The notes under the pieces: model-generated
Told to the model about the DNA's origin: nothing
Databases searched by the model: none
The model's input: only the letters and a program-made list of their open reading frames with translations
IMG/VR virus record: IMGVR_UViG_3300028601_000031
Span: 1 to 64,000 of that record
Strand: one strand, 5' to 3'
Origin: a virus
Taxonomy: Duplodnaviria; Caudoviricetes
DNA: 64,000 nt
Part shown: positions 19,765 through 31,260 of the stretch, piece by piece
How positions within the stretch are numbered: the first letter of the stretch is position 1
Layout: every line of letters begins with the position of its first letter
Made by a program: the position numbers and the translations under genes

Positions 19765-20652
19765 TTAATAAAGTTTATTGTTAATAATATAATTTAAAAC
19801 ATCTCTATTCATATATTTTAATAATTCATCATAATTACTACCATCGTTATAAAAAATTTTTAATTTATCTCTTATAAGTGTTGATGATACTTCTATAATT
19901 TTATTTTCATCTTTTAGATAAATATGAGGATAATTTAAATACCAATTTACAAATTCGTCTCTTTTTATACCTGTTCTTGGAATAACAACAAATTGAATTA
20001 ATCTTTCTAATTCTTCATAATTAACCCATTTATCAAAAGTATTTGCATTATCCATTCCTATAATTAATGAAAAATTATGTTTTTCTGTTAATTCTTTTTC
20101 TTCTTTTAATCTTTTAACAAAATTATAAGTGGCACCTGATAATTGATTATCAATTTCATAAGGAAATACTTTGATTCTATCATCTACTTTAGATGCAATT
20201 TCACACATATTTAATCTGTGTTCAGATGATACCATTTCTTTATTGTACATATGTTTAAACGCAGGCATTAACCATACTTCATCAAATTCTCTTGATGTGT
20301 TTAAAACAAATTGTGCAGTTTGTATATGTCCTTGGGTAATAGGGTTAAACGCCCCGCCAAATATAGCAACTTTTAATTTTCTACCAAGTGATTTATATTG
20401 TAATGATCTAGAATTTATTTTTTCTATATTATTTTGTATCAATTCATCTATTGTCCATCCACTTTCATTACATAATTGAATTAATGATGATAATAAGTCA
20501 CCTGTTTCTTCTTTCAAATTGTGAATATCTGACCATTTCATTAACTCAAAAAATTCTTTTTGAATATCATTTAATCTTTCGGTTAAAGGTGTATATCCAA
20601 AATTTTGTTTATATGTATTATTAATTAATTTTTGTAATTTATTGGTTTCCAT
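19765..20652 (-). CDS. nadD: MazG-like domain fused to nicotinate-nucleotide adenylyltransferase
   Basis: N-terminal KEFFEL...KEETGDLL; then GGAFNPITQGH, IGMDN, VSSTLIR. Confidence 0.85.
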   Translation of the reverse strand: METNKLQKLINNTYKQNFGYTPLTERLNDIQKEFFELMKWSDIHNLKEETGDLLSSLIQLCNESGWTIDELIQNNIEKINSRSLQYKSLGRKLKVAIFGGAFNPITQGHIQTAQFVLNTSREFDEVWLMPAFKHMYNKEMVSSEHRLNMCEIASKVDDRIKVFPYEIDNQLSGATYNFVKRLKEEKELTEKHNFSLIIGMDNANTFDKWVNYEELERLIQFVVIPRTGIKRDEFVNWYLNYPHIYLKDENKIIEVSSTLIRDKLKIFYNDGSNYDELLKYMNRDVLNYIINNKLY

Positions 20653-21040
20653 ATAATATTTTTTGAATTTTATTTTTTCTGTCTCTCATTTTAATATAGT
20701 CATTTATATCCATTTTACTCTGATTGTATAATCGTTTATCATATTCTATTTTATTAAGTAAATTAGATATTTTTTCATTTATACTATCTAAATCATCTTC
20801 AAATTCAGTAACATTTATAATATTATTATTAATATTAAATAATGTAAGTTTGTTATTTATTATTGATCTGAATACATGTATACACATTATATAAAAATCA
20901 TGCATATTATTTTCTTCATTTTCAACTTTAAAATTAAATGCAATTTGATCTATATTATCATCAATAATACATCTATATACTTTTACTAAAAAATCGTTTT
21001 CTATTTTTTGAATCATATTATTTAGTTTTACATAACCCAA
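20639..21040 (-). CDS. Hypothetical protein with RxxKIxxI tail
   Basis: Ends RKNKIQKIL. Confidence 0.6.
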   Translation of the reverse strand: MGYVKLNNMIQKIENDFLVKVYRCIIDDNIDQIAFNFKVENEENNMHDFYIMCIHVFRSIINNKLTLFNINNNIINVTEFEDDLDSINEKISNLLNKIEYDKRLYNQSKMDINDYIKMRDRKNKIQKILYGNQ

Positions 21041-21423
21041 AATTCACCATTAACAATAATTTTTTTATTATATAATGGTTCTTTGAATTTATTTAATTCA
21101 TTTTGTTTTAATCCCCAATCTTGTAAACAGTAAAATAATTGTTTAAGATATGTATATCTATATTCATCATTGTAAAAATTACAAGATAAAATATGATTAT
21201 TTTTTAATTTATCCAAACTAGGTATTCTGAAAATATTAGTATTAGTTATTTTACCATTTCCTTGTGAATATATTACAAACCCATTATGAATATGTAAGTC
21301 AAATGGATTATTTATTTTTCCACTATAAGATAGATATCTTTTATCCCAATGAATTATAGTTATTTCTAATCCATATTCTTGATTACCAGTTAATTTTATT
21401 TTTAGTACAAATTTATTATTCAT
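21028..21423 (-). CDS. Hypothetical protein, paralog of 21436..21837
   Basis: Shared FR.P, LK.L...LQ.W, terminal W. Confidence 0.65.
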   Translation of the reverse strand: MNNKFVLKIKLTGNQEYGLEITIIHWDKRYLSYSGKINNPFDLHIHNGFVIYSQGNGKITNTNIFRIPSLDKLKNNHILSCNFYNDEYRYTYLKQLFYCLQDWGLKQNELNKFKEPLYNKKIIVNGEFWVM

Positions 21424-21435
21424 ATTTAATAAATT

Positions 21436-21837
21436 TTATTTAATAAACCAATAATTATCAACAAATTCAACATTATTGTTATTAATGTCTGAGTAATTAT
21501 TAATAAATATTTTTTTATCACATGACCATGTTTGTAAAGAATCATATAATTTTTTTAATCCGATTTTTCTTTTTTCGTCAGTAATATAATCATGTGTATG
21601 TATTATTTTCATATTATTATTCATATAACCAGGAAATCTAAAATAATTCTCACAAAATACAAAATACATACTTGACCATATACAAAAATTATTTTTCTTA
21701 TTCCTATGTACAACAATATTATAGACATCATCATTAGTCAATAATAAAGTATCGTCTAAATATAATATTTCTATTGATACTTTATTATCGCCTATCAAAT
21801 TTACTTCTAAACAAGCTTTATATGTTTTTTTATTCAT
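21436..21837 (-). CDS. Hypothetical protein
   Basis: Host-type promoter at 21842-21872. Confidence 0.65.
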   Translation of the reverse strand: MNKKTYKACLEVNLIGDNKVSIEILYLDDTLLLTNDDVYNIVVHRNKKNNFCIWSSMYFVFCENYFRFPGYMNNNMKIIHTHDYITDEKRKIGLKKLYDSLQTWSCDKKIFINNYSDINNNNVEFVDNYWFIK

Positions 21838-21925
21838 AATACAAAATTAAATAAAATAAATTAATTAACAAAATTATTATTAGAATTATTAAAAATTAAT
21901 ATATATTATAAAAAATATAATTATT

Positions 21926-22678
21926 ATGTCAGCAGCTCAACAACAAATTAATCAATTAGAAGAAAATATAGAAGAATTAGAAGAAATAATTTATAGATTA
22001 ACAAAAAAAGAAGAACCAATAGATATATGGGAATATTTATTAACACCTAGACAAATTGCTAAAAAAATAATGATAAATAGTGCACCTGTTATACCTACAT
22101 TAGACGGTGAAGAAATATTACCAGCAGAAGATATGGAAAAATCAATACATATGGTAGTATATGGTAAATATTTAGTTGGTGATGATGGTATACTAATTGA
22201 TAATGAAATTAAATATCCTGAATGTGTAGATAAAAATAGAGCAATTGGAGATGATCATCCTATTTTTAAAGAAAAAATTAAAAATATGAAAAAACAGATA
22301 AGAAATTCAATTGAACAAATATCAATTAAAAAAAACCAATTAAAAGATGCATTTAAACTTGCTGGTCAACAAATTATAACAGGAACTGCTGCTCTTGTTG
22401 CATCTGCTACTGTTTTACCAATAGGTGCTGGTGTTCCTGCATCAATAGCTGCCGTACAAACAATAGTTAGTGCAATAACTGATCTACAATATAAAGTATT
22501 AGAAATATTACCATTATTAGGACCTTTAATAGAGATACCACTTATTATAATGGATGCTGGTATTGCAATAGTATTGGCTGCTATAAATTTAGTATTAACT
22601 GCTTTAATAATTGTTATTGGATCTATAGCAACATTAAAAGAATTAATTGCTCCTTTAATATTAGCTATTGGTGCTTAA
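21926..22678 (+). CDS. Hypothetical protein with long hydrophobic C-terminus, possibly virion or membrane associated
   Basis: AATATATA at 21898; coiled-coil then A/I/L/G-rich helices. Confidence 0.6.
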   Translation: MSAAQQQINQLEENIEELEEIIYRLTKKEEPIDIWEYLLTPRQIAKKIMINSAPVIPTLDGEEILPAEDMEKSIHMVVYGKYLVGDDGILIDNEIKYPECVDKNRAIGDDHPIFKEKIKNMKKQIRNSIEQISIKKNQLKDAFKLAGQQIITGTAALVASATVLPIGAGVPASIAAVQTIVSAITDLQYKVLEILPLLGPLIEIPLIIMDAGIAIVLAAINLVLTALIIVIGSIATLKELIAPLILAIGA

Positions 22679-22990
22679 TCATTCATTAATTAATTGATTT
22701 CTTTTATCTAAATTTTCTAATTTATCTACATATTTTTTTAGAATATCACCATGACATGATAATGGATAACACCAACATCCTAATGTTTTATATTTTAATT
22801 CATGTAAAGAATTCATTAATTCTTTGTTATTTAACAAATATTCTTCATATTTTTGAATCGATTCTTGTCTTGTATCAACTTTAAATTCTGCTATTGTATC
22901 ATTTTTATGTGAATATGGATTTCCCCATTTAGAAGGTCTACCTATATAAATATCAAATTTTTCTTTTTTACAATGTACTACTTTACACAT
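22679..22990 (-). CDS. DUF4326-like protein
   Basis: YIGRPSKWGNP, LGCWC.P..CHGD. Confidence 0.85.
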   Translation of the reverse strand: MCKVVHCKKEKFDIYIGRPSKWGNPYSHKNDTIAEFKVDTRQESIQKYEEYLLNNKELMNSLHELKYKTLGCWCYPLSCHGDILKKYVDKLENLDKRNQLINE

Positions 22991-23818
22991 TATATACCAT
23001 CTTTTATTTTTTTAATTTTTTTAAATCTTAACTTCAATTTATTAACATATATTTTAGTTAAATTAAAAAATTCATCATCAGTTAACAAACCCTTTTTATT
23101 CTTATTGGATAAAATAAAATTTGTTATTATATCAATATTTTTATCATTTTCAATATCTTTGACATTAACATGTAACATTATATCACCAGTATTTACAATA
23201 ATACTACTTAATTTTGTTTTATTAAATATATCTAGATATGATTCATAATAAGAATCACCCTCATTAAAATAACAACCACCAATATCATTTTCTCTGAATT
23301 TAACTGGTTTACCAGACATTACCCAATTAGCAAAAAATTCATATATAGACTCTTTTTGTTCTTGTGTTAATCTATTTGAATAATCTTTCATATTATTTAT
23401 TTTTTAATAGTTTGATTATTTTATATTTTCTTTCAAAAATTTTAAATTTTTCATCTATACATACAGTATCAGATAATTTTGGGTAATCTTTGTAAAAATT
23501 ATAATATTTTTTTAGAATATCAATATCAATATCAGTCATAATAGATATGCAGTTAAGTATATTTATACTGCCATCTTTTTTAATTGATTTTGATATTTTA
23601 TCATTATACATTGATATCATTTTATTATATTATTTAATTTTTCTTTTCTTAGTAATAATTTAATTCTATTTTCATCTCTTTTAATATAATTATAATGATG
23701 TAAATAAATACATGGATATTTACCGTATATTTTTTTATATTTATCAATAATTAAATCATCTACATTATAAATTGATGAAATGATATCATAATGTAATTTT
23801 TTTGTAATACTCATAAAT

Positions 23819-24505
23819 TTATTCCCATTTGAAAAAATGAACAGGTATTAAATCAACTTCCATACCATTAAAATTTTCAATTAAAATATTATTATCATTA
23901 TCATCAATAGCAAAAGCAATAATATTGTCATTTATTGATATTTTAATATTAGGCACATTATTTTTAATATCGTTTATAAAATTAGATACCATATTAGTTG
24001 TATCGTCAGTAATAATACCTTTATCATCAAAATTTATATCGGGAAATATTTTAATCATATCTCCTATAAATGATGTATTTATAATAATACCATTATAAAC
24101 TTCAATATTGAATAATGTCATAAGATATATAATATTCTTATGATATGTTTTTAATCCAGAAAAAACATAACCAGGTTTATAATATTTAGTTATATAATGT
24201 TTAATTATACCATCTAATTCATTATCATTAAATACATTTTTTATATAATTATAAAAATTTAATAATTCATCTTTTTTATAATCATTTATATCAATATCAT
24301 ATATAAGATGAAGTAATCTTTTTTTACTCTTATCATTGTATTCTTTAATAGATGGGTATTTACCTAAAAATGAACTATATATAATATTTTCAGCTTCTAC
24401 ATTGGATATATCATTTGATGTTTTAATTATCCCTTTTTTAGCTTGTTGTTTTTCTATGATTTCTCTAATTTTAGGATTAATATCATATTTTTTCATTAAG
24501 TCCAT
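23819..24505 (-). CDS. Hypothetical protein
   Basis: Largest ORF of the tightly packed 22990-25569 operon. Confidence 0.6.
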   Translation of the reverse strand: MDLMKKYDINPKIREIIEKQQAKKGIIKTSNDISNVEAENIIYSSFLGKYPSIKEYNDKSKKRLLHLIYDIDINDYKKDELLNFYNYIKNVFNDNELDGIIKHYITKYYKPGYVFSGLKTYHKNIIYLMTLFNIEVYNGIIINTSFIGDMIKIFPDINFDDKGIITDDTTNMVSNFINDIKNNVPNIKISINDNIIAFAIDDNDNNILIENFNGMEVDLIPVHFFKWE

Positions 24506-25584
24506 ATTTATAAGTTTTTATAGTTTTTTAAAAAATTAATTTCTTCTTTTGTTATAGATTCTAATCCTGATTTTTGTATTTTATATAATATTTCATCTAT
24601 ATCTAATGATTGTATATTATTATAGTTAATTTTATCATCTTCTCTTAATAAATCATTTTGTCTTTTTATAATACCCTTTAACTCTATTATATAATTTGTT
24701 TGTTTATTACAAATATCAATATATTCGCTATTTTGTTTCATTAATTTTTTAGCAGAATCATATATAGATTCAGATGATTTCATTATTTTTTTAATTGTTA
24801 AACTAGTTCTCCATAATCTAATGGATAGAATAGCAATTATTGAAGATAATATTATTACTAATATATTTAAGTTCATTTAAAATTATTTTTAGATATTAAC
24901 AATTTGTTTTTCTGTTGGTTCTACTACTTTTAATGGCACAAATAAATCATAACCATTATCATCTTCCATATGATTTATTTTATCAATTGACCAATGACCA
25001 AATTTATTTCTCATATAAAGAAATTTATCACCATCCCATTTAGCAACACTGGCATTTCTACACCTACCTAAATAGTAATTACCAATAATTAAATCTTTTT
25101 TCGGTATAACACCTTTACTAAAAAGTTCATTGTACATAGATTCTGGTATTGGTTTAGGTAAACGACCAACTTTATAATAATTAGTTTCGTCAAATTTTTC
25201 AATATTTGGATAATGTATCATGTTTAAAATGTTTAAATACAAAAATAATAAATAAATTTTAAATATCAAAACTTATTCATTATTATCGTCATCTTTTTTT
25301 CTTGTTCTTGTATTTTTTTGTGTATCTTCTTTTTGTGTATCTTCTTTACAGATGAACAGTTGATAAAGTTCTAGTATTCTACTTATATCACCATATTCTT
25401 TTAAGAATTTCTCATGTGAACTTGCTATAATAAGCGGATCTACTGTTATTTTACCTTTATGTGATTTATATGCATCATGTAATATCATATATTCTTCTGT
25501 TAAGAATTTAACTTTTTCTACTAATAATTCAATTAAGTTCGATTGTTCTATTTCAATTTTATTCTTCATAATATTTTTTATTTT

Positions 25585-25612
25585 ATTTTAGTGTAAAATT
25601 ATTATTAAGTTT
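25585..25612 (-). promoter_or_regulatory. Putative phage-sigma promoter AAAC-N18-TAAAAT
   Basis: Same spacing at 29372, 32508, 33901, 36067, 42838 (17 nt at 1392). Confidence 0.5.
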
Positions 25613-25680
25613 TTAATATATAATAACAAAAATAAATGGTATAATATTTGTTTTATAATTATTAAAAAAAAACAAAAATT

Positions 25681-26853
25681 ATGAAAACAAAAATTATTTT
25701 ATTCTTATTAAGTTCAATTTTATTTTTGAGTTGTTCTACATCTAATAAATTATCTAAAAACTCCGATGATATTTATTATAATGATAATATTGAAACAAAA
25801 AATATCCAAAATAAAGATTTTTACTCCGATTTAGAAAATAAGTATAATGATATTCTTAGTAATGATACTACTAATAATATTGATACTGTTATTTATAAAT
25901 CAGAAAATACTAATCCATATGAAAATATAGTATCAAATTCTTATCAAGAATCATATGAAAGAAGATTAAATGCTAGAAAATATGGTTTTAGTACATATTT
26001 TTATAATAATGACTATTGGTATGCACAATCATACGCATTTGATCCTTTTTATAGAATTATAATTATAAATGATCATGTATGGGTTGAACCTTGGTATATA
26101 TCAAATATGTTTTCACATTCAATATATTATAGGTATAATTATTGGTATAGATATACATATAGATATACATATTTTTGGAATTACCCATATTATAATTATC
26201 ATAATTATCATAATTATCATTGGGCAAATTATTATCAAAATAGAAATTATCAAAATAGAAATTATAATAATATACATTATGGTAGAAGACCAACAAATAA
26301 TCCAATTGAAATAAATAGACAATATAACAGGGATAGATACGGAGATAGAAATTATAAACAAGAAAAACCAGTAGAATTAACTAGACCAAATAAACCAGTA
26401 GAATTAACTAGACCAAATAAACCAGTAGAATTAACTAGACCAAATAAACCAGTAGAAGTAAATAGACCAAATATATCAAATAGACCAAATAAACCAGTAG
26501 AAGTAAATAGACCAAATAATATGAATAGGAATTATAAACAAGAAAACAGGACAGATAGACCAAAATATTATCATAAACCAAAATCTAATAATAGAAATAT
26601 TTATAATAGACCATCTATCAGTCCATACGATAATATTTTAAAAGATAGTGATAATAGAAATAATAATAGAAATAATAATTCATATAGAACACCAAATTCA
26701 AATAACCAAATACGAAATAATAATGGTTCATCAAGGAGTTCAGTTGGATCATCGAGAAATTCTAGTGGTTCATCAAGGAGTTCAGTTGGATCATCGAGAA
26801 ATTCTAGTGGTTCATCAAGGAGTTCAGGTAGTTCTTCAAATAATAAAAGATAA
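25681..26853 (+). CDS. Bacteroidota-style lipoprotein with Y-rich and low-complexity tail
   Basis: Signal peptide II LFLS-C, DDIYY, N/R/S/P-rich C-terminus. Confidence 0.8.
   Translation: MKTKIILFLLSSILFLSCSTSNKLSKNSDDIYYNDNIETKNIQNKDFYSDLENKYNDILSNDTTNNIDTVIYKSENTNPYENIVSNSYQESYERRLNARKYGFSTYFYNNDYWYAQSYAFDPFYRIIIINDHVWVEPWYISNMFSHSIYYRYNYWYRYTYRYTYFWNYPYYNYHNYHNYHWANYYQNRNYQNRNYNNIHYGRRPTNNPIEINRQYNRDRYGDRNYKQEKPVELTRPNKPVELTRPNKPVELTRPNKPVEVNRPNISNRPNKPVEVNRPNNMNRNYKQENRTDRPKYYHKPKSNNRNIYNRPSISPYDNILKDSDNRNNNRNNNSYRTPNSNNQIRNNNGSSRSSVGSSRNSSGSSRSSVGSSRNSSGSSRSSGSSSNNKR
26365..26472 (+). repeat. 27-bp in-frame tandem repeat (KPVELTRPN), 3 exact plus 1 variant
   Basis: AAACCAGTAGAATTAACTAGACCAAAT units; another variant at 26491-26517. 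Confidence 0.9.
26725..26827 (+). repeat. 42-bp in-frame tandem repeat (GSSRSSVGSSRNSS), about 2.5 copies
   Basis: Direct reading. Confidence 0.9.
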
Positions 26854-26890
26854 AATAAAAAACCCCGAATTAATTCGGGGTTTTTTATTT
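26852..26890. terminator. Bidirectional terminator
   Basis: AAAAAACCCCGAAT/ATTCGGGGTTTTTT between convergent genes. Confidence 0.85.
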
Positions 26891-29348
26891 ATTTGTCATT
26901 CATATTTGTTATAGTATCACCTGATATTGGTATTAACATTTTAGTTATATTAACTATCTCTAATTTATCTTCTGTTTGAGATTTCGCAATAATTATCTTA
27001 TCTCCATTTACAACTTCTTTTGTTATAATCTTTATAGATACTTCATCTTGTATATATTTTTGTATTGCTCTTTTTAATGGTCTTGCTCCCATATCTTCAT
27101 CCCATCCTTTTTCAAATATAAAATCTTTAGCAGTTTCATCCAATTCAATATCGATATTATTATCAATTAATCTATTTCTAAAATTATCTAGTTCAATATC
27201 AATAATACTTTTAATATTATCTTTACTAAGACTATCGAAATGAACAACTTCATCAATTCTATTTAAGAATTCGGGTGAGAATTTTTTCTTTAATTCTTTT
27301 TCAACAATTGATTTACTCATAACTTGTTTATCACTATTAAATCCAATTCCAGCTCCTCTTAGTTTTGCTTCTTTTGAACCAATATTTGAAGTCATAATAA
27401 TAACAGTATTTTTAAAATCAACAGTTCTTCCCTGACTATCTGTTAATATACCATCATCAAATACTTGTAATAGTACATTCCATACATCATTGTGTGCTTT
27501 TTCGATTTCATCTAGAAGGATAATAGAATATGGCTTATTTTTAACTGCATCTGTCAATTGTCCACCATCTTCGTGACCAACGTATCCAGGAGGTGCTCCA
27601 ATTAATCTAGATACAGAGTGTTTCTCCATATATTCTGACATATCTATTCTAATATAATCTCTTTCACTATTAAATAATTGTTCAGCCAATTTTTTAACCA
27701 TATGTGTTTTTCCTGTACCAGTAGGACCTAGTAATAAAAATGTACCAATTGGTCTTTTTCCATCATTTAATCCAGCCTTGTTTCTTAATATAGCCATTGA
27801 TATTTTATCAACTGCGTCGTCTTGTCCAATTATCTTTTTCTTCAATTCAAATGGTAAATTTACAAGTTTAGATGTATCATCATCTGTTATATTTTTAGAT
27901 GGTATATTTGTCATTATAGAAATAACTTCATATACATCTTCTTTTCTAACCTTTTTTCTTTTTGATAATCTTTTATTTTTAAGATCATTTTTCATTATTT
28001 CAAGTTCAGATTCTATTGATCTTTGTTGTTTTAACAATTCTGCCGCTGATAAAAAATCTTGTTCTGATACTTTTTTTAATTTTTGTTTAGTTATTTCATC
28101 TAATTCATTTTCCTTATTGATTATATCAACAGGTGTTTCAATATTAATCCTAACAGATGCACCAGCTTCATCCATAACATCAATCGCTTTATCAGGAAAT
28201 TGTCTATCAGATATATATCTATCAGATAATTTTAAACATGCTATTATGGATTCATCTGTATATTCCACCATGTGGTGATTTTCATATCTATCTTTAAGAT
28301 TTTTAAGAATTTCATATGTTTCATTATATGTTGGTTCATTTACTCTAATTTTTTGGAACCTTCTTTCTAATGCACCATCTTTTTCGATCTTTTTATATTC
28401 TTCATTTGTAGTAGAACCAATGCAACTAATTTCACCCCTTGATAATGCTGGTTTTAAAATATTTGCAGCATCTAATGATCCTGTTGATCCGCCCGCTCCA
28501 ACTATTGTATGAATTTCATCAATATAGATAATAATATCTGAGTTTTGTTTTAATTCATCGACAATTTTTTTCATTCTTTCTTCAAATTCTCCTCTGTATT
28601 TAGTACCAGCTACAACAGAACCCATTTCTAGTGATAATATTCTCTTATTATGTAAAATATCAGGTGTTTCTTTATTGATGATAGCTTGTGCTAAACCATC
28701 AACAATAGCAGTTTTCCCAACACCTGCACTACCAATAAGAATAGGGTTATTTTTTTTCCTTCTAGAAAGGACTTGTGCAATTCTTTTAATTTCTTTTTCT
28801 CTACCGATGACAGGATCTAACTTATTTTGTTTTGCTAAATCTGTTAAATCTGTACTAAATTCATCTAGAATTGGTGTTTTTGTTTTTTTATAAGGTACAT
28901 TAGTTCCAGTTGGATTATCATCTTTTTCCATATTAGAATTTTTATTAAATACTTTATTATAAATATTTTCAGCATCGGTATATGTAACATTTGGTATAAC
29001 TTTAGCTCTTATAATAGATAATACAAGATGCTCTGTTCTTACGATACTTGAATTAAACTTTTTTGCTTCTAATTGGGATTGCATCATTATATTTTGTGCT
29101 TCGGTACTTAATGATGCTAAATCGTCATCTTTTTTTTCAATTGTATCAACAGATATTGGATCACTATTTAAAAATGTTTTCATTTTTTTCTTAGCATTAT
29201 CAATATCAATAATATTTGATAGTATTTTATAACCATTACAATCATTTGTACTTATTATTCCAAATAATAAATGAGGAGGTTCAATTAAACCATTAGAGTA
29301 CTCCTTTGCTTTCTTAATTACTTTTTTAAAATTTTCTGAATATTCCAT
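26889..29348 (-). CDS. clpC: ClpC-like AAA+ unfoldase
   Basis: Clp N-domain, GSAGVGKT and GPTGTGKT, UVR-like middle domain, GIGF ClpP-docking loop, GARPL. Confidence 0.9.
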   Translation of the reverse strand: MEYSENFKKVIKKAKEYSNGLIEPPHLLFGIISTNDCNGYKILSNIIDIDNAKKKMKTFLNSDPISVDTIEKKDDDLASLSTEAQNIMMQSQLEAKKFNSSIVRTEHLVLSIIRAKVIPNVTYTDAENIYNKVFNKNSNMEKDDNPTGTNVPYKKTKTPILDEFSTDLTDLAKQNKLDPVIGREKEIKRIAQVLSRRKKNNPILIGSAGVGKTAIVDGLAQAIINKETPDILHNKRILSLEMGSVVAGTKYRGEFEERMKKIVDELKQNSDIIIYIDEIHTIVGAGGSTGSLDAANILKPALSRGEISCIGSTTNEEYKKIEKDGALERRFQKIRVNEPTYNETYEILKNLKDRYENHHMVEYTDESIIACLKLSDRYISDRQFPDKAIDVMDEAGASVRINIETPVDIINKENELDEITKQKLKKVSEQDFLSAAELLKQQRSIESELEIMKNDLKNKRLSKRKKVRKEDVYEVISIMTNIPSKNITDDDTSKLVNLPFELKKKIIGQDDAVDKISMAILRNKAGLNDGKRPIGTFLLLGPTGTGKTHMVKKLAEQLFNSERDYIRIDMSEYMEKHSVSRLIGAPPGYVGHEDGGQLTDAVKNKPYSIILLDEIEKAHNDVWNVLLQVFDDGILTDSQGRTVDFKNTVIIMTSNIGSKEAKLRGAGIGFNSDKQVMSKSIVEKELKKKFSPEFLNRIDEVVHFDSLSKDNIKSIIDIELDNFRNRLIDNNIDIELDETAKDFIFEKGWDEDMGARPLKRAIQKYIQDEVSIKIITKEVVNGDKIIIAKSQTEDKLEIVNITKMLIPISGDTITNMNDK

Positions 29349-30279
29349 ATAGTTGCGTTTTTAGTTTTTATAATATATATTAATTTTATTGAATTGTTTA
29401 AATTGTCAAAAAATGTACCATTTATTTACTTACTGACAAATTAACATATTTTAAATGGTATGTTCATTTATTCACATAGTGTTTTTAATTCTTCCCATGT
29501 AGGTGTGGTTCCTTCGTGCACAAAAAATTCAATACCATCTGCAATGCCGTCAATATCCAAATACCATTTAGGATTTGTCCTATCAATATATTTTAAGACA
29601 CCTTTTCCATTAACGGTATGTAAATATGCACTATCATAAGGTGCTCCATCCATAATAAAATGATTAACAATTGACGAATAAGTGAAAATTGATTCATTTT
29701 CAATTTCCATAACCATAAATTTGCGCATATCATACCAATCTTTTACAAAATTACCAGTATTAAATATTTTTTATGATTTTTATCATAATGTAATTCAACA
29801 CTACTGTAATTTAAATTGGTTTTATTTCCCTCGTCATATCTGATATAAATATATACCATATCTATAGTTTTTGAATTAAAATTCCATCTTTATCAAACAT
29901 TATCAAATCAAATCCTAATACTTTTATATTCTTATCTTTATAAAATTCTGATAGTGAACCAACATTTTTTCTAACTTCTGAAAAATTATGAGATCTTTCT
30001 GACATAATTTTAATTTGTTCATCGGTTGGTTCACTTTCAAAAAATATAATAAAATTATCAGAATTTGAATTATCCAACGCAACTGGTCTATAACATCCAT
30101 GATCATCAGGTAAATCTTTAATATTACTAAATAAATTTGATATATTCATGTCAACAAATTCATCACCTACTCCACATTCTCCTAATTGACCAGTCATATA
30201 TGCACACATTTCTCTCTCAAAATTACCTGCATAAGAATCAGTTTTAACTTTAAATCCCCAATAAATTTCTTTCATATTA

Positions 30280-30627
30280 TTAATCAATTTCAACGGTTGC
30301 TTCTAAATTTCTACTATTTAATCCTTTTTTTAATTTCATCATTTCATCAAATGATCCAGTTTTAACAACTGATTTACCCTTGTTGTGTGCTTCCATTGTT
30401 ACTCTAATACATTCTTCACTTGATAATTTACAAATATCATATAACGCTAACATTACATCCATAATATCATTGACATGATCATTCCATAGTATTAGTCTAT
30501 AAACATCAGATTTCGAATTTTTAATACCTAATTCACTTAATAAATCGGTTATGCTATCAGTATCAGATGATACACTACTTTGTATATCATTTAACATTTG
30601 CTCATATTTGTCTCTACTATACATCAT
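30280..30627 (-). CDS. clpS: ClpS adaptor
   Basis: LILWNDHVN, MEAHNKGKSVV. Confidence 0.8.
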   Translation of the reverse strand: MMYSRDKYEQMLNDIQSSVSSDTDSITDLLSELGIKNSKSDVYRLILWNDHVNDIMDVMLALYDICKLSSEECIRVTMEAHNKGKSVVKTGSFDEMMKLKKGLNSRNLEATVEID

Positions 30628-30668
30628 ACATATTAATATTTTTACAAAAATACTATATTTTTTTATAA

Positions 30669-31256
30669 TTAAAAAGCTTTTTTAAATTTTTTATTTAAAT
30701 ATTCAGATTTTCTTTTTAATCTAAAATTATTAATGTATATAAAATACTTTTTATCATTAGTAAAAACATCATTGCAATCTTTACACATTCCCATATTTAT
30801 ATCCCTATTGACATTATTTTTAGATTTTCCGCAACATGAACAAGTATTATTAGTTTCAATAATATTATTAATAATATCAGTATTATTACTTTTCTTCCTT
30901 ATTAATCTATTAATCGAATATTTAACATCAATATCATTTAAAAAATTTTTATTTATACAAACTATTTCTTTTTTAACAACTTCTCCATATTTATAAAAAT
31001 AAACATATTTTTCCGTTAAACAATTGAAAAAATCACTACTTAAATGACACCATATTGGTATATCTATTTTTAGAATAGGTCTATGATATCCATATTCATA
31101 AGTGTATGATCTTAATTTAGATATAGTATTACTATTTTTTAAACAATATGATTTTTTATTAATAGCGTCAATCTTTAAATATGGACATAAATTACAACTG
31201 TTTAATTTTAAACAGGTTGGTTTATCATCAACAAATGTAGATATATATTTATCCAT
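30669..31256 (-). CDS. Cys-rich hypothetical protein, paralog of 31261..31893
   Basis: CxxCP, IPxWC, CSxCG..GMCxxC, NNFRLKR. Confidence 0.65.
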   Translation of the reverse strand: MDKYISTFVDDKPTCLKLNSCNLCPYLKIDAINKKSYCLKNSNTISKLRSYTYEYGYHRPILKIDIPIWCHLSSDFFNCLTEKYVYFYKYGEVVKKEIVCINKNFLNDIDVKYSINRLIRKKSNNTDIINNIIETNNTCSCCGKSKNNVNRDINMGMCKDCNDVFTNDKKYFIYINNFRLKRKSEYLNKKFKKAF

Positions 31257-31260
31257 TAAA

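Noticed and set aside
26365-26827. Short direct repeats as a possible CRISPR array
   Set aside because: Units are contiguous without spacers, multiples of 3 and inside a lipoprotein ORF
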